A stretch of 64,000 nucleotides of DNA from Myxococcota bacterium (lineage in GTDB: Bacteria > Myxococcota_A > Polyangia > Polyangiales > Houyiibacteriaceae), in contig JBCCEA010000009.1 of the NCBI GenBank assembly GCA_039030515.1, forward strand, positions 1 to 64,000. The letters are read 5' to 3'. Shown piece after piece: positions 9,279 through 19,765 of this stretch. Made by a program: the position numbers and the translations under genes. The notes under the pieces were generated by a model. It ran no database searches and was not told the origin of the DNA. It worked only from the letters and a program-made list of their open reading frames with translations. Position 1 is the first letter of the stretch. The number at the start of each line of letters is the position of its first letter.

Positions 9279-9528
9279 TACTCTCCGTGGGGTCTCAGAT
9301 GTCGCGCATGCTGACACGGTCAGCAGGGAGGGGACAAGGTGCAAGCTCGGTACGCAGTCAACTATCCATCGAGCCAGATCGCGAAGACGAAGTGGCGGAT
9401 CGCCAGCTAGGCTCCGCCACTTCCGCCAATTTTGCGAGCTAAACCACCGTAATCACGTCGCAGAATTAAGGAGACCTTTTTGCTGCGTTCTGAGGAGCAT
9501 GCCCCAACCGAGGGCAGCGGAGGTTTTC

Positions 9529-10164
9529 ATGAACACCGAGTTGAATCAAAAAGCGAACGGGCTCTCTGTGGACGTAATGCATCAAGCGTCCAATTCACTT
9601 GAGCAGATCAGAAAACACGCGATCGAGGATTCGATTGCGTGCGCCGAAACTACAACACCAGGTCGTCACGCGAGTCTACAGGAAGCACCTCCTTCTGTAC
9701 CCGCATCGCCACCCATACCCGCCTCGCACTCGATGCCGGCTTCAGACGGAGAAGAGCAGGAGGTCTTCCCTGGAAAACGAGGAATCCGCCGTCGAGACAC
9801 CTTGCGCATGTTCGGAACAGCGCTCGTATGCATTGCGGCCTCTCAAGCTGCACTGGTTTCAGCTCAGCCAGAACGATCGGATGGTGGAGAAGCCACGACC
9901 CAGGTTGTCGACTTGAACAGCGCCACGGCTGAAGAGCTGATCGAACTGCCTGGAATCGGACCTGAGAAGGCAGAGGCGATCCTAAAGCGCAGGGAACGCC
10001 GACCCTTTCGTCGAATCGAGGAGATTATGCTCGTTCGCGGCATTGGGAGGACCACGTTCCGCAAGCTGCGAGATCGCATCGCTGTAGGAGCCAACTCAGT
10101 CCGGAATCCGAGGTCACAAGCTCTGCGAGCACGATCCGGATCGGAAGCATCGGAGCTCCGATAA
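9529..10164 (+). CDS. comEA: ComEA-family helix-hairpin-helix DNA-binding protein with N-terminal extension
   Basis: 'VDLNSATAEELIELPGIGPEKAEAIL...PFRRIEEIMLVRGIG'. ATG 9529 has a GGAGG RBS; the longer 8938 ORF overlaps pepA antisense. Confidence 0.82.
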   Translation: MNTELNQKANGLSVDVMHQASNSLEQIRKHAIEDSIACAETTTPGRHASLQEAPPSVPASPPIPASHSMPASDGEEQEVFPGKRGIRRRDTLRMFGTALVCIAASQAALVSAQPERSDGGEATTQVVDLNSATAEELIELPGIGPEKAEAILKRRERRPFRRIEEIMLVRGIGRTTFRKLRDRIAVGANSVRNPRSQALRARSGSEASELR

Positions 10165-10189
10165 CCACTCCACTCGGATAGCCAAAATG

Positions 10190-10218
10190 GGAAGGTCCTG
10201 AGCTGCTCGGGACCTTCC
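10190..10218 (+). terminator. Stem-loop after comEA (terminator or mRNA-stabilising hairpin)
   Basis: GGAAGGTCCTGAG-ctg-CTCGGGACCTTCC: 13-bp stem with one G-U pair; only a weak U-tract follows. Confidence 0.5.
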
Positions 10219-10233
10219 TGCTATTCTAGACGA

Positions 10234-10761
10234 GTGGCGTCTAACTCCGAACGAGATGGGGTGTGCATTCGTCAGGCGATGAAGCAGGACTTCAAAGCGC
10301 TTTTGACGCTCCATCGAAAACTCTACATCGATCATCGAAACCAAATTCTATCTCCGGAAGAACGGGAGGCTTCAGACTACGTCGACTTTGAGACTGTCCT
10401 GCACGACGATATGCGATCGATGCTCTCGAACAACCAATACATCATACTCATCGCTGAAGACAGGTTGAGCCCCTCCTTCAGACCCTTAGGCTACGCTTCC
10501 GCTCGGGTCAGGTTCGAGGCAGGCCGAACACTACCCAAAAGAGCCACACTCGAGGATTGGTACGTCGTCACAGATCTACGTAAACTTGGGCTCGGCCGCG
10601 CACTCATCGACGCGCTTCGCAAAGTGCTCTGCGAGCAGAAGGTTCAAGTGCTGGAGTCGTCTACTTGGCTTGCAAATCAAGGAGCGAGAACCGCGCATCA
10701 CCGGGCCGGATTCACGGAGACCAGGATCCTTTACCGTATGAGACTCGATCAGACCGTATGA
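10234..10761 (+). CDS. GNAT-family N-acetyltransferase
   Basis: Motif A 'WYVVTDLRKLGLGRALI' and 'NQGARTAHHRAGF'. Confidence 0.85.
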   Translation: MASNSERDGVCIRQAMKQDFKALLTLHRKLYIDHRNQILSPEEREASDYVDFETVLHDDMRSMLSNNQYIILIAEDRLSPSFRPLGYASARVRFEAGRTLPKRATLEDWYVVTDLRKLGLGRALIDALRKVLCEQKVQVLESSTWLANQGARTAHHRAGFTETRILYRMRLDQTV

Positions 10762-10818
10762 GGCTAGATCAAGACCCGACGGGAACCCTTTCGCTTGAAA
10801 GAGACGCCGGACAAGCGA

Positions 10819-11475
10819 CTAAGCTCGCTCTTCGTCACCAGAGCCTCTAAGCGCATCGAGCAAAGGCTGTATTCGATGGTGCCTTAGCTTTAGTCCGACG
10901 CGGTTGGCTACGACGACTGAAGATACATCGCAGACAGACTCTAGTTCACAGAGCCCATTTTCTTTGAGCGTTTCGCCGGTCTCCACCAGATCAACGATGA
11001 CATCGACAAGTCCCATCAGCGGCGCAAGCTCTACGGACCCTCCCAAGTAGATGATCTCGGCAGGAGTGCCCCGTTTGACGAAATGGCGGGCAGCGATACG
11101 CGGGAACTTTGTTCCAACCCGTAACGTTTTGGCAACGCCGTGCAAATAAGAGGGACCAGGCAGTCCGCATACGACCATGCGGCATCGACCTATGCCCAGA
11201 TCGAGGGGTGCATAGAGATCATATTCTCGCTCGAGGAGCACATCTCTGCCAACGATCCCTAGGTCAGCAGCGCCGTATTCCACGTAAGTCGGCACGTCAT
11301 CTGGCTTCAGGAGAAGGTAACGCATCCCGTGAGTCTCGTCTTCTCTGACGAGCTTTCGACTCTTCTGAGTCAAAGGCGCTGGGTCAAGCCCCGCTGCGAG
11401 CAGACGCGGAGCCAGTTGCTCCAACACGCGCCCCTTTGGGACCGCTACTACCAGGGGCGAACTGCGATCAGGCAT
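10819..11475 (-). CDS. hisG: ATP phosphoribosyltransferase, short form
   Basis: 'VAVPKGR', '[17 protein letters not shown]', 'GSVELAP', 'DLVETGETL'. No C-terminal regulatory domain. Start ATG 11475 overlaps the murA end. Confidence 0.95.
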   Translation of the reverse strand: MPDRSSPLVVAVPKGRVLEQLAPRLLAAGLDPAPLTQKSRKLVREDETHGMRYLLLKPDDVPTYVEYGAADLGIVGRDVLLEREYDLYAPLDLGIGRCRMVVCGLPGPSYLHGVAKTLRVGTKFPRIAARHFVKRGTPAEIIYLGGSVELAPLMGLVDVIVDLVETGETLKENGLCELESVCDVSSVVVANRVGLKLRHHRIQPLLDALRGSGDEERA

Positions 11476-12733
11476 GACCCTGAATCCGTTCAATATTCGC
11501 ACCCAGTCCCTCTAGTTTTCTCTCAATATGCTCGTAGCCGCGATCGATATGATAGACCCTACGAATCTCAGTCATACCTGATGCAAAAAGACCTGCTATC
11601 ACCAGAGAAGCGCTCGCGCGCAGATCGGTAGCCATGACCTCTGCTCCCTGTAGCTCGCGAACGCCATGTACGGTTGCGCTCCGCCCTCGAACATCGATGT
11701 GCGCTCCCATGCGGTTGAGCTCGGCGACATGCATGAAGCGATTTTCAAAAATCGTCTCTTCGATGTGACTGTGTCCTCCAGCTCGGCACATCAGCACCAT
11801 AAACTGGGCTTGCATATCGGTAGGAAAACCCGGGTACGGAGCGGTCGTGACGTCGACAGATCGAAAAGGCGGACGGCCTGCAACACGGACTCCCTCGCCT
11901 TCTCGCTCCACCTGCACTCCCGAAGCACGCAGTTTGGACGCAACTGCCTCCAGGTAGTCGAAAGTGACACCTTCTAAAAAAATGTCTCCTCCGGTGATCG
12001 CACCAGCCGCCATGTAGGTCCCCGCTTCGATGCGATCGGGCATGATGGCGTGATCAACAGGCTGCAGCGCTTCGACGCCGTCGATCGTGACGACATCTGT
12101 ACCGGCTCCCTCAACCCGAGCGCCCATTTTATTGAGAACTCTAGCCAGCTCCTCAACCTCCGGTTCACGCGCAGCATTGACCAGAGTAGTGCGTCCTTTA
12201 GCAAGCGCTGCCGCACTCATCAGATTCTCCGTTCCCGTCACTGTGGATATATCCATGTATACTTCAGCGCCTCGCAGCCGTCCGGAAGGCACATTGACGT
12301 GTACATATCCCTGTTTGAGCTCGATCTCGGCCCCCATCGACTCGAGTCCCTTGAGGTGCTGGTCGATGGGCCTCGCACCGATCGCACACCCACCAGGCAA
12401 TGAGACTCTCGCCTTGCCGTATCGAGCCACTAGGGGACCGAGTACCAAAACCGAAGCGCGCATCTTTTTGACCAACGCGTACGGCGCATCCGGTTCGAGC
12501 ACCGGGGAGCTCTGCACCGTCACTTGTGCTGCATCGATCTCAACGCTGAGTCCTAAATGGCGTAGCAGCTCGGCAGTTGTGTGCACATCCACAAGACCTG
12601 GAACGTTGCGGAAACAGTGATCTCCATCGGCGAGCAGAGAGGCACACAGAATAGGCAAGGTGGCGTTTTTTGCGCCACTGATTCGGACTGAGCCCTTGAG
12701 CGGAACCCCGCCTCGAATGCGAATACAATCCAC
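11468..12733 (-). CDS. murA: UDP-N-acetylglucosamine 1-carboxyvinyltransferase
   Basis: 'ISGAKNA', '[11 protein letters not shown]' (catalytic Cys retained), '[12 protein letters not shown]', 'ATDLRA'. Confidence 0.97.
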   Translation of the reverse strand: MDCIRIRGGVPLKGSVRISGAKNATLPILCASLLADGDHCFRNVPGLVDVHTTAELLRHLGLSVEIDAAQVTVQSSPVLEPDAPYALVKKMRASVLVLGPLVARYGKARVSLPGGCAIGARPIDQHLKGLESMGAEIELKQGYVHVNVPSGRLRGAEVYMDISTVTGTENLMSAAALAKGRTTLVNAAREPEVEELARVLNKMGARVEGAGTDVVTIDGVEALQPVDHAIMPDRIEAGTYMAAGAITGGDIFLEGVTFDYLEAVASKLRASGVQVEREGEGVRVAGRPPFRSVDVTTAPYPGFPTDMQAQFMVLMCRAGGHSHIEETIFENRFMHVAELNRMGAHIDVRGRSATVHGVRELQGAEVMATDLRASASLVIAGLFASGMTEIRRVYHIDRGYEHIERKLEGLGANIERIQGHA

Positions 12734-12813
12734 GATTCTCGTTACCGCAGCAAACCGAGGCCATCAAGACCCGCATGCGAGAATCCTTCGAGTAGTCACG
12801 GTTCTACCACCCT

Positions 12814-13887
12814 TTACAGTCGGAAGAGCGCTCCGACATCTAGGCCCCAGACGCCCCCATCAGAAAAAGACCAGCCGTAGGGCGGGTCGAGATTGAGCGT
12901 GAGTTGTGACACCAGTGAAAGCGAGCCGATAGCGATCTCAATGTAGGGTTCAAGCCCCAGCTGGAAGAGATCCCGACCGAGTGCGTTTTCCAAAGTCGGG
13001 ATCCAATAGGCGGAAAACCGGACACCGGCATGGGACCCTTGTCCGAAGGCACCTCCGATGCCGGTAACCGCGCTCAGCGCAAGGTCTCCTCGGTGTCCTT
13101 CAACGAAAGTGTCTTCTGAATAAAGCTGAAGGATCAACTCGACGCGACTCACGGTAACCGCGTTACCCACTCTGCGAAGCGTCTCATAGTGTCCGGTCAA
13201 GCTGTAGGTGTCGCGAATCCAGAGATGGAACTCACGAAAAGCAGCAGAGCCTATCGCCAAGTCCAAGGCCGCGGAGTCCGCATCGAGCGGTGTGCTCTGG
13301 GACTTTGTCGCAAGCGGAACGGACACGCCGGCTCCGAAACGCTGCACGGAAAAACGGTCTTGTATCCTTGCAGACAACGAAACATAGGGATTGCTTGTCA
13401 TGAAACCCGACTCACGCTCACCATCCTGAACCTGCGAGCGAATCGCAGCCCATTGCGTGCTGAGTTCCAGCTTTGGAGCCAAACGAAATCGGCCGCGCAT
13501 TTCCAAAGTGAGACCTCGGCTAGTCTGATCTTCGATACGCCTTCCTGAGAGCGTAGAAAACAAACCGATCACGTGATGCGCATCCTGTAGTGGCGGCCCT
13601 ATCGCGTTACGCGCTCCCCAAGCATCCTCTTTTCGCTCAGGAAAACGAGAATATCCGTAGACATCGAGGGTAGCGGGAACAGGACGTGAAAGATAACGCC
13701 CATGCTCGACCGTATTTTGCGAGACTTGCCCTCGTACCGTCGATGCTCCAAAGCCGAATAGGATCGAGAACATAGCCGCGAGCGTACATCCGCACCGAAT
13801 CCAGGGGAGCGCGGACCGTTTTTGACAAGTCGGTAGCTTACCCTGTGCGGGGAATCCATGAGCAAGAAAGCCGGGAGCGCGGCCCAT
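12814..13887 (-). CDS. Hypothetical exported protein, probable outer-membrane beta-barrel (start uncertain)
   Basis: Signal-like hydrophobic stretch, amphipathic beta-strand pattern, C-terminus 'WGLDVGALFRL'; co-oriented in the run upstream of murA. Confidence 0.55.
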   Translation of the reverse strand: MGRAPGFLAHGFPAQGKLPTCQKRSALPWIRCGCTLAAMFSILFGFGASTVRGQVSQNTVEHGRYLSRPVPATLDVYGYSRFPERKEDAWGARNAIGPPLQDAHHVIGLFSTLSGRRIEDQTSRGLTLEMRGRFRLAPKLELSTQWAAIRSQVQDGERESGFMTSNPYVSLSARIQDRFSVQRFGAGVSVPLATKSQSTPLDADSAALDLAIGSAAFREFHLWIRDTYSLTGHYETLRRVGNAVTVSRVELILQLYSEDTFVEGHRGDLALSAVTGIGGAFGQGSHAGVRFSAYWIPTLENALGRDLFQLGLEPYIEIAIGSLSLVSQLTLNLDPPYGWSFSDGGVWGLDVGALFRL

Positions 13888-13910
13888 AAGGCCTTTGGTC
13901 TAGCGCGGGT

Positions 13911-14549
13911 TCAGGCAAGAATCATCCCGACGGCGAATATCGTGAATCCGAACAGACTCACAAGGACACTGCGCACCGCAAGGCGCCACTTCAAACGTCC
14001 CGATTCGTCGAGCCCGTGCATCGCAAACCAGGACAGACCACACAGCCACAGCAGAAAACCGGCAAGTAATACACACAACGCCGGTGCCGCCGGCCCGATC
14101 GACTCAGACAACTGACGTCGCTGCAGCTGAAGTCGTTGATCGTACGAGCTGGACCGAGCGTCGGCCGACTCTGGAGACATCGCGACAAGGGAGGCGATTC
14201 GCTCATTTGCCAGGCGAACGCGTTTCGGAAAAGGCAGGTAGGTAGAGCGGATGGATAAAATGGCAGCGCGAAGCGAGCGCCACAAGCGGAGTGCCCGAAG
14301 CCTTTCCTCCTGACGATCTGCCTCTCGCGCGAGGCGGACAAGCCTTTGAACGGCCTTTTCCGCAAAAGGACTACCGGGCAGATACCATCGGATCGCACGT
14401 CTGTAGTGCAGCGCGGCGGCCTCCAAGTCTCCCGCAACTTCATAGGACTCTGCCAGAAGCAAATCGTCCCTGGAAGAGCTCAAAGAGCGAACTCCGATGA
14501 CGGTGGCGAACCCGAACACGACAAGTCCGATTTGAAATACGATCCGCAT
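13911..14549 (-). CDS. Hypothetical membrane protein (N-terminal TM, helical TPR-like domain, two C-terminal TMs)
   Basis: Hydropathy pattern; 'AALHYRRAIRWYLPG'; operon position. Confidence 0.7.
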   Translation of the reverse strand: MRIVFQIGLVVFGFATVIGVRSLSSSRDDLLLAESYEVAGDLEAAALHYRRAIRWYLPGSPFAEKAVQRLVRLAREADRQEERLRALRLWRSLRAAILSIRSTYLPFPKRVRLANERIASLVAMSPESADARSSSYDQRLQLQRRQLSESIGPAAPALCVLLAGFLLWLCGLSWFAMHGLDESGRLKWRLAVRSVLVSLFGFTIFAVGMILA

Positions 14550-14569
14550 CGACTTTGTATCCGGCGACG

Positions 14570-15499
14570 CTAAAGGAAATCACGCCGGGAAAAAAAGAAA
14601 CACGCAAGCGCAGACACGATGCAGGAATAAAGCAGCGCGTAACCTGACCCGCTAGCCACGTAGGCCCAAACCCCCCCGAATTCGCCGGATAGTTTCTCGA
14701 GCGTGGCTCTATTGGGGGCAAAGAGATTGAAGTTCGGTACGACATGGACGAGCGCGTTCAACATCGCCTTGGTGGTACGCCCAACCATCTCTTCTCTGGT
14801 CGCAAGCATCACGTCCACCGAACGACCCACAAGCCAGACTCCGAAGGTAAAAAGTCCGGTCAGAAAAGGCGTTGAGAAACTGGAAAAGAACATGGTCACC
14901 GCAGAGAGCACCGCCAACTCCAGAAACGTGAGCACCAACTGAGCAAGCCGTGGGGCGAGGGTCATCTCGGTGGTCGCAGCCACCCCAAAAGAAAGTGTCA
15001 GCGCACATATCGACCACGCCAGTAGCGCGTAGGATGTATCGGTCGAACGTACTAAGAGAACGACGGCTCCCAGGCCATTGACGCAAAGAACGCAGCCCAA
15101 AAGCCAGGAACCTGCCTCCCATTGGGATGCGAGAGCGAGCATCTGCAGGGAGCCTTCAAAAGCGATGAACACAGCACCTGTGAGCAGCACACCAAAGTAC
15201 TTACCGAGCAGAAACTCGAATCGATGAATGGGCTTCGGCAAAATCACGTAGAGCGTCTTTCGCTCAATCTCTTTGTACAAAAGAGAGGCTCCCAAGAACA
15301 CCGCGGCGATCACCGAAAAAATGGATATCGCACCGAAACCGACATCGTGTACGACCCTTCGCTCGTTGTTCAACGACAGCTGTCCGAGCACGAGGCTGAA
15401 GGCGATAAGTGACGCCGCTCCCCCAAGCAGCCCCACCAGAACGCGATCTCGTACCGCTTCTCGAAACGTATTGATGGAGATTGCCCAGATTCTTCCCAT
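14570..15499 (-). CDS. ABC-2-type permease (PilI/NosY-like)
   Basis: 'IWAISINTFREAVRDR', 'KEIERKTLYVILPKPIHRFEFLLGKY', C-terminal 'FSRRDF'. Confidence 0.85.
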   Translation of the reverse strand: MGRIWAISINTFREAVRDRVLVGLLGGAASLIAFSLVLGQLSLNNERRVVHDVGFGAISIFSVIAAVFLGASLLYKEIERKTLYVILPKPIHRFEFLLGKYFGVLLTGAVFIAFEGSLQMLALASQWEAGSWLLGCVLCVNGLGAVVLLVRSTDTSYALLAWSICALTLSFGVAATTEMTLAPRLAQLVLTFLELAVLSAVTMFFSSFSTPFLTGLFTFGVWLVGRSVDVMLATREEMVGRTTKAMLNALVHVVPNFNLFAPNRATLEKLSGEFGGVWAYVASGSGYALLYSCIVSALACFFFSRRDFL

Positions 15500-15502
15500 C
15501 GC

Positions 15503-16222
15503 TCAGTATCCCAGGTGTACACCGCTCCAGAATATAGCTTCGCCTGTCGCCAGAGCCGATAGGTTATTGACAGACCAAGCGAACATAAAGGCAACAAGTA
15601 GCCACACACCGTACTCGATCCACCGAGGTCTTGATCTCTCCTTGGATCTCTCGAAGACAAACCGCGACGCGAATCGTAGAATTTCTTCTCCCAAGTGTAG
15701 GTGAAGACAAGCGATACCGACGACGTAAAAGACAAGCGTGATTGGGCGTCCCAAGTTGAGACTGAACTCGTGGTAGATGGCAAGAACGGGCTTGCGGAGC
15801 ACTTTCTGCAGCCAGGTATCCCATAGATGAAACAACACCCAGGAGAAGCCCAGTATCCCAGCACCCCAGTGGAGTGCCTTCTCTGTTGGTGGTCTTCTCG
15901 AAGCACGGCCCGGATCGTCTGCATCACCGGAGCGTCCCTCAAGAGTTGAACTGCTCCCGGCGCCCGAATCATCCGAGGGAGCGTCCTTCTTTGGAAGAAC
16001 GCTTGACCAGAGTCTTTGGACGCCTGCGAACGCCAGCACAGGGATGAGAAAAAGCAGAGCGTCGCACGCGAGCTCCAGAGGTTCTACCCCCCGCATCGAA
16101 CGCACAAAGCTCTCCCTATCTCGAGGACTCGTCCGCCATAGATGCACAAAGATGTACACGACGAGCGGTATCGGACCGAGACACAGACGCCAGGCGTCGG
16201 CCAACGCAGGCTTAAGTCCCAC
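15503..16222 (-). CDS. SdhC/cytochrome b558-like membrane protein (divergent)
   Basis: About 5 TM helices with His in 'FVHLW', 'LFHLW' and 'LHLG', echoing the SdhC b558 pattern; no sdhAB nearby. Confidence 0.5.
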   Translation of the reverse strand: MGLKPALADAWRLCLGPIPLVVYIFVHLWRTSPRDRESFVRSMRGVEPLELACDALLFLIPVLAFAGVQRLWSSVLPKKDAPSDDSGAGSSSTLEGRSGDADDPGRASRRPPTEKALHWGAGILGFSWVLFHLWDTWLQKVLRKPVLAIYHEFSLNLGRPITLVFYVVGIACLHLHLGEEILRFASRFVFERSKERSRPRWIEYGVWLLVAFMFAWSVNNLSALATGEAIFWSGVHLGY

Positions 16223-16406
16223 TGAGCGGTGTTACCTTTAAGAGAACGACGCGTCGAGAGTAAAGCGCGCCCAGGGACACCTCGGCCGGGAGACAAAACC
16301 TATGGTGGTGGGCGACACGCCTCTCATAGTTCGACAGAACTCTTAACATAGTTGGCAAATCAGGACGCAGGACAGCTCGAATATGAGAGGTTCACGCGCC
16401 GGATAG

Positions 16407-17969
16407 GTGCATATGAAACCTAATCGATATAAACCCCAAAACGCTGCGCTGCTTCTGGCAATCGCTGCAGGTTGCTGCCTTGCTTTGGCCGCTCCTCCCG
16501 TGAACGCGACACCCTGCGCTTGGTTTTTTGGTCCATTGATCGCCGCGGGGCTTCATCACAGCTGTCTGCACACCACGACGACCAGAGCTGCCGAAATCAA
16601 TGCGCTTTGGATCGGATGGGTGGCAGGATGTACCGCTAACGCCATCGCGCTGTGCTGGACAGTAGAGTTGTTTTGCAACTTTGCCTCAATGCCCATCTGG
16701 GCAGCACTATTGACATCACTCCTGCTGTATGTGGCTCAAGGTCTGCCCTTCGCAGCAGCGGCATTCTCCACCGTATTCCTCGGCCGAATCACAGTTCCAA
16801 TCCACCTCGCTCTCCCCGTAAGCGTCACACTTGCCTTCAGCATCATTCCGGCAATTTTCCCTTGGAGACCTGCGGTCAGCGCTTTGGGTTTCACGACCTG
16901 GGTACAGATGGCAGATCTCGGCGGAGAGGCCTTAATCGACTTTATGTTGGTATTGGTAGGCAGCCTTATTTTAGAGGCATACCGGCGGAAACGACGAGGA
17001 CTTCCCTATCTAAGACCTCTGATGGTCGCCAGCATCTGCTTCGCGTTGCCGGCGGTCTACGGTGTCTACCGAATCGAGGGTATTGAGGAAGCTCGGAGAG
17101 ATGCACGGAAAATCCAAGTAGGTATCGTTCAACCCAATATCGGAATCGATGAAAAACGCGAGACTCATCTCCACTACGCGCAACTGCGACGCCTACAAGA
17201 AATGAGCGTCTCACTAGAGTCAAGAGGAGCAGAACTTATCGTTTGGCCAGAAACTGCCTATCCGTTTGACTTTCCAAGGGAGCGAAAACGAGATGTTGAA
17301 GGCGCTCGATCGATTCGAGTTCCGCAAATGCAAGCACCCTTAATCGTTGGAGCCATCACCGAGCAGAGCCATTGCGTCCGATACAACTCAGCTCTTACTC
17401 TGGACCGCTTCGGAGCTGTCCTTCAGGTCGTGGACAAAGTCGAACTGCTCGCATTTGGTGAGTACGTCCCGCTATGGGATTATCTTCCGGGCATCGAGCG
17501 GATTCTTGACTGCCCTGGTCTCAAAGCAGGAGATCAACTCACCCCCGTGCATCTACTAGGAGTCTCCATCGGTATCCTCAACTGCTACGAAGATTTCGTA
17601 CCTGGCCCGTTCCATAAACTACTAGAAGCGTCACCTGAGCTGTTCATCAATCTCACCAACGACGCTTGGTTTGGCGATACAAACGAGCCTTGGCTTCACC
17701 ATCATGTTGCACGTTATCGAGCGATCGAAGGACGTCGCGATTTAGTTCGAGTAGTCAATTCGGGGGTGAGTGGGCATATCAGTGCAACGGGCAACACTCT
17801 ATTTACAACGAAGACGTTCGAGCGTGACGCACGCATTGCAGAGGCCGCCATCCTCGAGATATTCTCTCCGTTTGCTAGCTTGGGAGAATGGCTCACTGCT
17901 GCAATTGCATTTGTTATGATGGCACACTGGATTCGTTTTAGATGGCTCTCGCGAGCATCGGTTGTCTGA
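16407..17969 (+). CDS. lnt: Apolipoprotein N-acyltransferase
   Basis: Multi-TM N-terminus; 'VQPNI', 'VWPETA', 'KVELLAFGEY', 'NCYE', 'TNDAWFG' (E-K-C triad). Confidence 0.95.
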   Translation: MHMKPNRYKPQNAALLLAIAAGCCLALAAPPVNATPCAWFFGPLIAAGLHHSCLHTTTTRAAEINALWIGWVAGCTANAIALCWTVELFCNFASMPIWAALLTSLLLYVAQGLPFAAAAFSTVFLGRITVPIHLALPVSVTLAFSIIPAIFPWRPAVSALGFTTWVQMADLGGEALIDFMLVLVGSLILEAYRRKRRGLPYLRPLMVASICFALPAVYGVYRIEGIEEARRDARKIQVGIVQPNIGIDEKRETHLHYAQLRRLQEMSVSLESRGAELIVWPETAYPFDFPRERKRDVEGARSIRVPQMQAPLIVGAITEQSHCVRYNSALTLDRFGAVLQVVDKVELLAFGEYVPLWDYLPGIERILDCPGLKAGDQLTPVHLLGVSIGILNCYEDFVPGPFHKLLEASPELFINLTNDAWFGDTNEPWLHHHVARYRAIEGRRDLVRVVNSGVSGHISATGNTLFTTKTFERDARIAEAAILEIFSPFASLGEWLTAAIAFVMMAHWIRFRWLSRASVV

Positions 17970-17970
17970 G

Positions 17971-18927
17971 TTAGCGCTTAGTCCCCCACGACTGTTCACG
18001 TTTCCTCGATCTTAAGCCCAGCAACCAAAGACTGTCCTCCGAAAGCGAGAATCGCACCCTCTGACCAAACCTGATCTGAAAACGATTGTGCGCCCCGTCG
18101 AAGAAGAGGCGACCATCTCGCATTTGACTTCGTATTTCTAGATTCGACCCAGGGCCGATACAGCCCTTGCGCAAAGTGAGTGCTCCCTCGCTGGCGAGGT
18201 AGGGTTCCCGAACAACATACTGAATCTTTTTTGAGGCAATCGGAAGAATTCGCCCTCCTGCCGAACGCTGAGCAGCGGTCGATCCAGCGGCGGGTCCCGC
18301 CCAAATGCCACTAGACCGATGAGCCTCCTGAAGACCGCCGGTACTGATCAAATACCGACAGGTCATCGCTGGCGAAGCATGGCAAAAAAGCGCGTCGTTG
18401 AGAACTCGAGTGGATACCACTTCTTCATCGACCTCAACTTGCATTCGACTGAGCCGAGTTCTTTCTAATTGTTTTGCAAGAGCGAGGTCCAGGATCTCTT
18501 CGCAGTTGGAGAGTTCTCCGGCGCAGAAGTAGCCGACACTGGACGAGGGAGCGCTATTGACCGCCACCATGGGTGTATGAGAACCGACCAAGTGAGAGGC
18601 TCTCAGCAAAGTGCCGTCGCCACCAAGCGTGACGACGAGTGAGAACGGTTCGATGTGAGCGCCACTCTGGATTCGATGACGAAAAGCGGCCGGAATTCTC
18701 CTAAGTTTGAGATGATGCCTGACACGCTGAAGGGTCGTCAGATGCTCGCGATGCTCCTCCTCCAAATGTCTGACTGTAAGATCGCGGTTTTCGATGAGAC
18801 GATTCAACCGTTCAAAACCGTCTCCAATCTTCGTGTACTGCAGAGCGGTCTTCTTATAAATGACCAAGAGACGAGGCTCAGACTGTCTTGTGCCTCCCAT
18901 CAGCTCCGCCCCCAGAGTAGACCGCAA
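17971..18927 (-). CDS. nadK: NAD(H) kinase (start possibly 18900)
   Basis: 'GGDGTLL', 'LNDALF', 'SSGIWAGPAAGSTAAQRSAGG'. Confidence 0.9.
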   Translation of the reverse strand: MRSTLGAELMGGTRQSEPRLLVIYKKTALQYTKIGDGFERLNRLIENRDLTVRHLEEEHREHLTTLQRVRHHLKLRRIPAAFRHRIQSGAHIEPFSLVVTLGGDGTLLRASHLVGSHTPMVAVNSAPSSSVGYFCAGELSNCEEILDLALAKQLERTRLSRMQVEVDEEVVSTRVLNDALFCHASPAMTCRYLISTGGLQEAHRSSGIWAGPAAGSTAAQRSAGGRILPIASKKIQYVVREPYLASEGALTLRKGCIGPGSNLEIRSQMRDGRLFFDGAHNRFQIRFGQRVRFSLSEDSLWLLGLRSRKREQSWGTKR

Positions 18928-19064
18928 TGCGAGAGTCGTATTTGGCGTCGTACTAAGTAGCAGGAGTCATTGCGCAAGGCACCGATGCAAACGCTTCGAA
19001 ACATATCTTGCAGTTGTTAACGAGAAGTAATGTTCGAGATACGGGTTCCTACATCGGCGATGTA

Positions 19065-19712
19065 CTATTGCTCCGGAATCTTCTTCGCGTCTGCCAAGAA
19101 GCGCTCAAGACCTCGATCGGTCAATGGATGCTTGATGAGTTGTTGAATCACGGCAAGCGGTAGTGTCGCGACATCAACTCCCATCAACATACCCTGCACA
19201 ACATGGTAGGGGTGACGGATCGACGCGGCGAGTACCTTTGTCGTCACCTCATAGTTCCTGTACACATCTAAAATCTGCTGAAGCAAATCGAGACCATCTC
19301 CACTCACGTCGTCGACTCTTCCCACAAACGGACTGATGTAGGTAGCTCCAGCTTTTGCCGCGAGTAGCGCTTGAGTTGGACTGAAGCAAAGAGTCACGTT
19401 GGTGCGGATGCCTTGATCGGAAAGGGTTCGCACTGCCCTGAGCCCGTCAGCGATGAGCGGGACTTTCACAACAACGTTGTCGTGGAGTGCCGCGAGTTGA
19501 AGTGCCTCATCTACGATATTCGAGTACTCAGTAGCGATCACTTCAGCGCTTATCGGACCCTGAACCACCTCGCAAATGGAAACGATCACTTCTTTGAGAG
19601 GTTTACCGGTTTTGGCGATCAAAGAGGGGTTCGTCGTAACGCCATCCACAAGGCCCATGGAAACAGCATCGCGGATTTCGGCGAGATCTGCCGAGTCGAT
19701 GAAAATTTGCAT
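19065..19712 (-). CDS. tal: Transaldolase / fructose-6-phosphate aldolase (short type)
   Basis: 'GVTTNPSL', 'VVKVP', 'NVTLCFS', 'YISPFVGR', 'LAASIR'. Confidence 0.93.
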   Translation of the reverse strand: MQIFIDSADLAEIRDAVSMGLVDGVTTNPSLIAKTGKPLKEVIVSICEVVQGPISAEVIATEYSNIVDEALQLAALHDNVVVKVPLIADGLRAVRTLSDQGIRTNVTLCFSPTQALLAAKAGATYISPFVGRVDDVSGDGLDLLQQILDVYRNYEVTTKVLAASIRHPYHVVQGMLMGVDVATLPLAVIQQLIKHPLTDRGLERFLADAKKIPEQ

Positions 19713-19765
19713 AGGCCCTTGCTTACGAGGCGAAACCCTATCTGGTCAAGCGCAGTAAACACAGC

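Noticed and set aside
8938..9528. N-terminal part of the 408-aa ORF
   Set aside because: Largely antisense to pepA; a better RBS-supported comEA start lies at 9529.
10819..12733. murA-hisG(short) coupling without hisZ nearby
   Set aside because: Common gene order; hisZ is typically encoded elsewhere.
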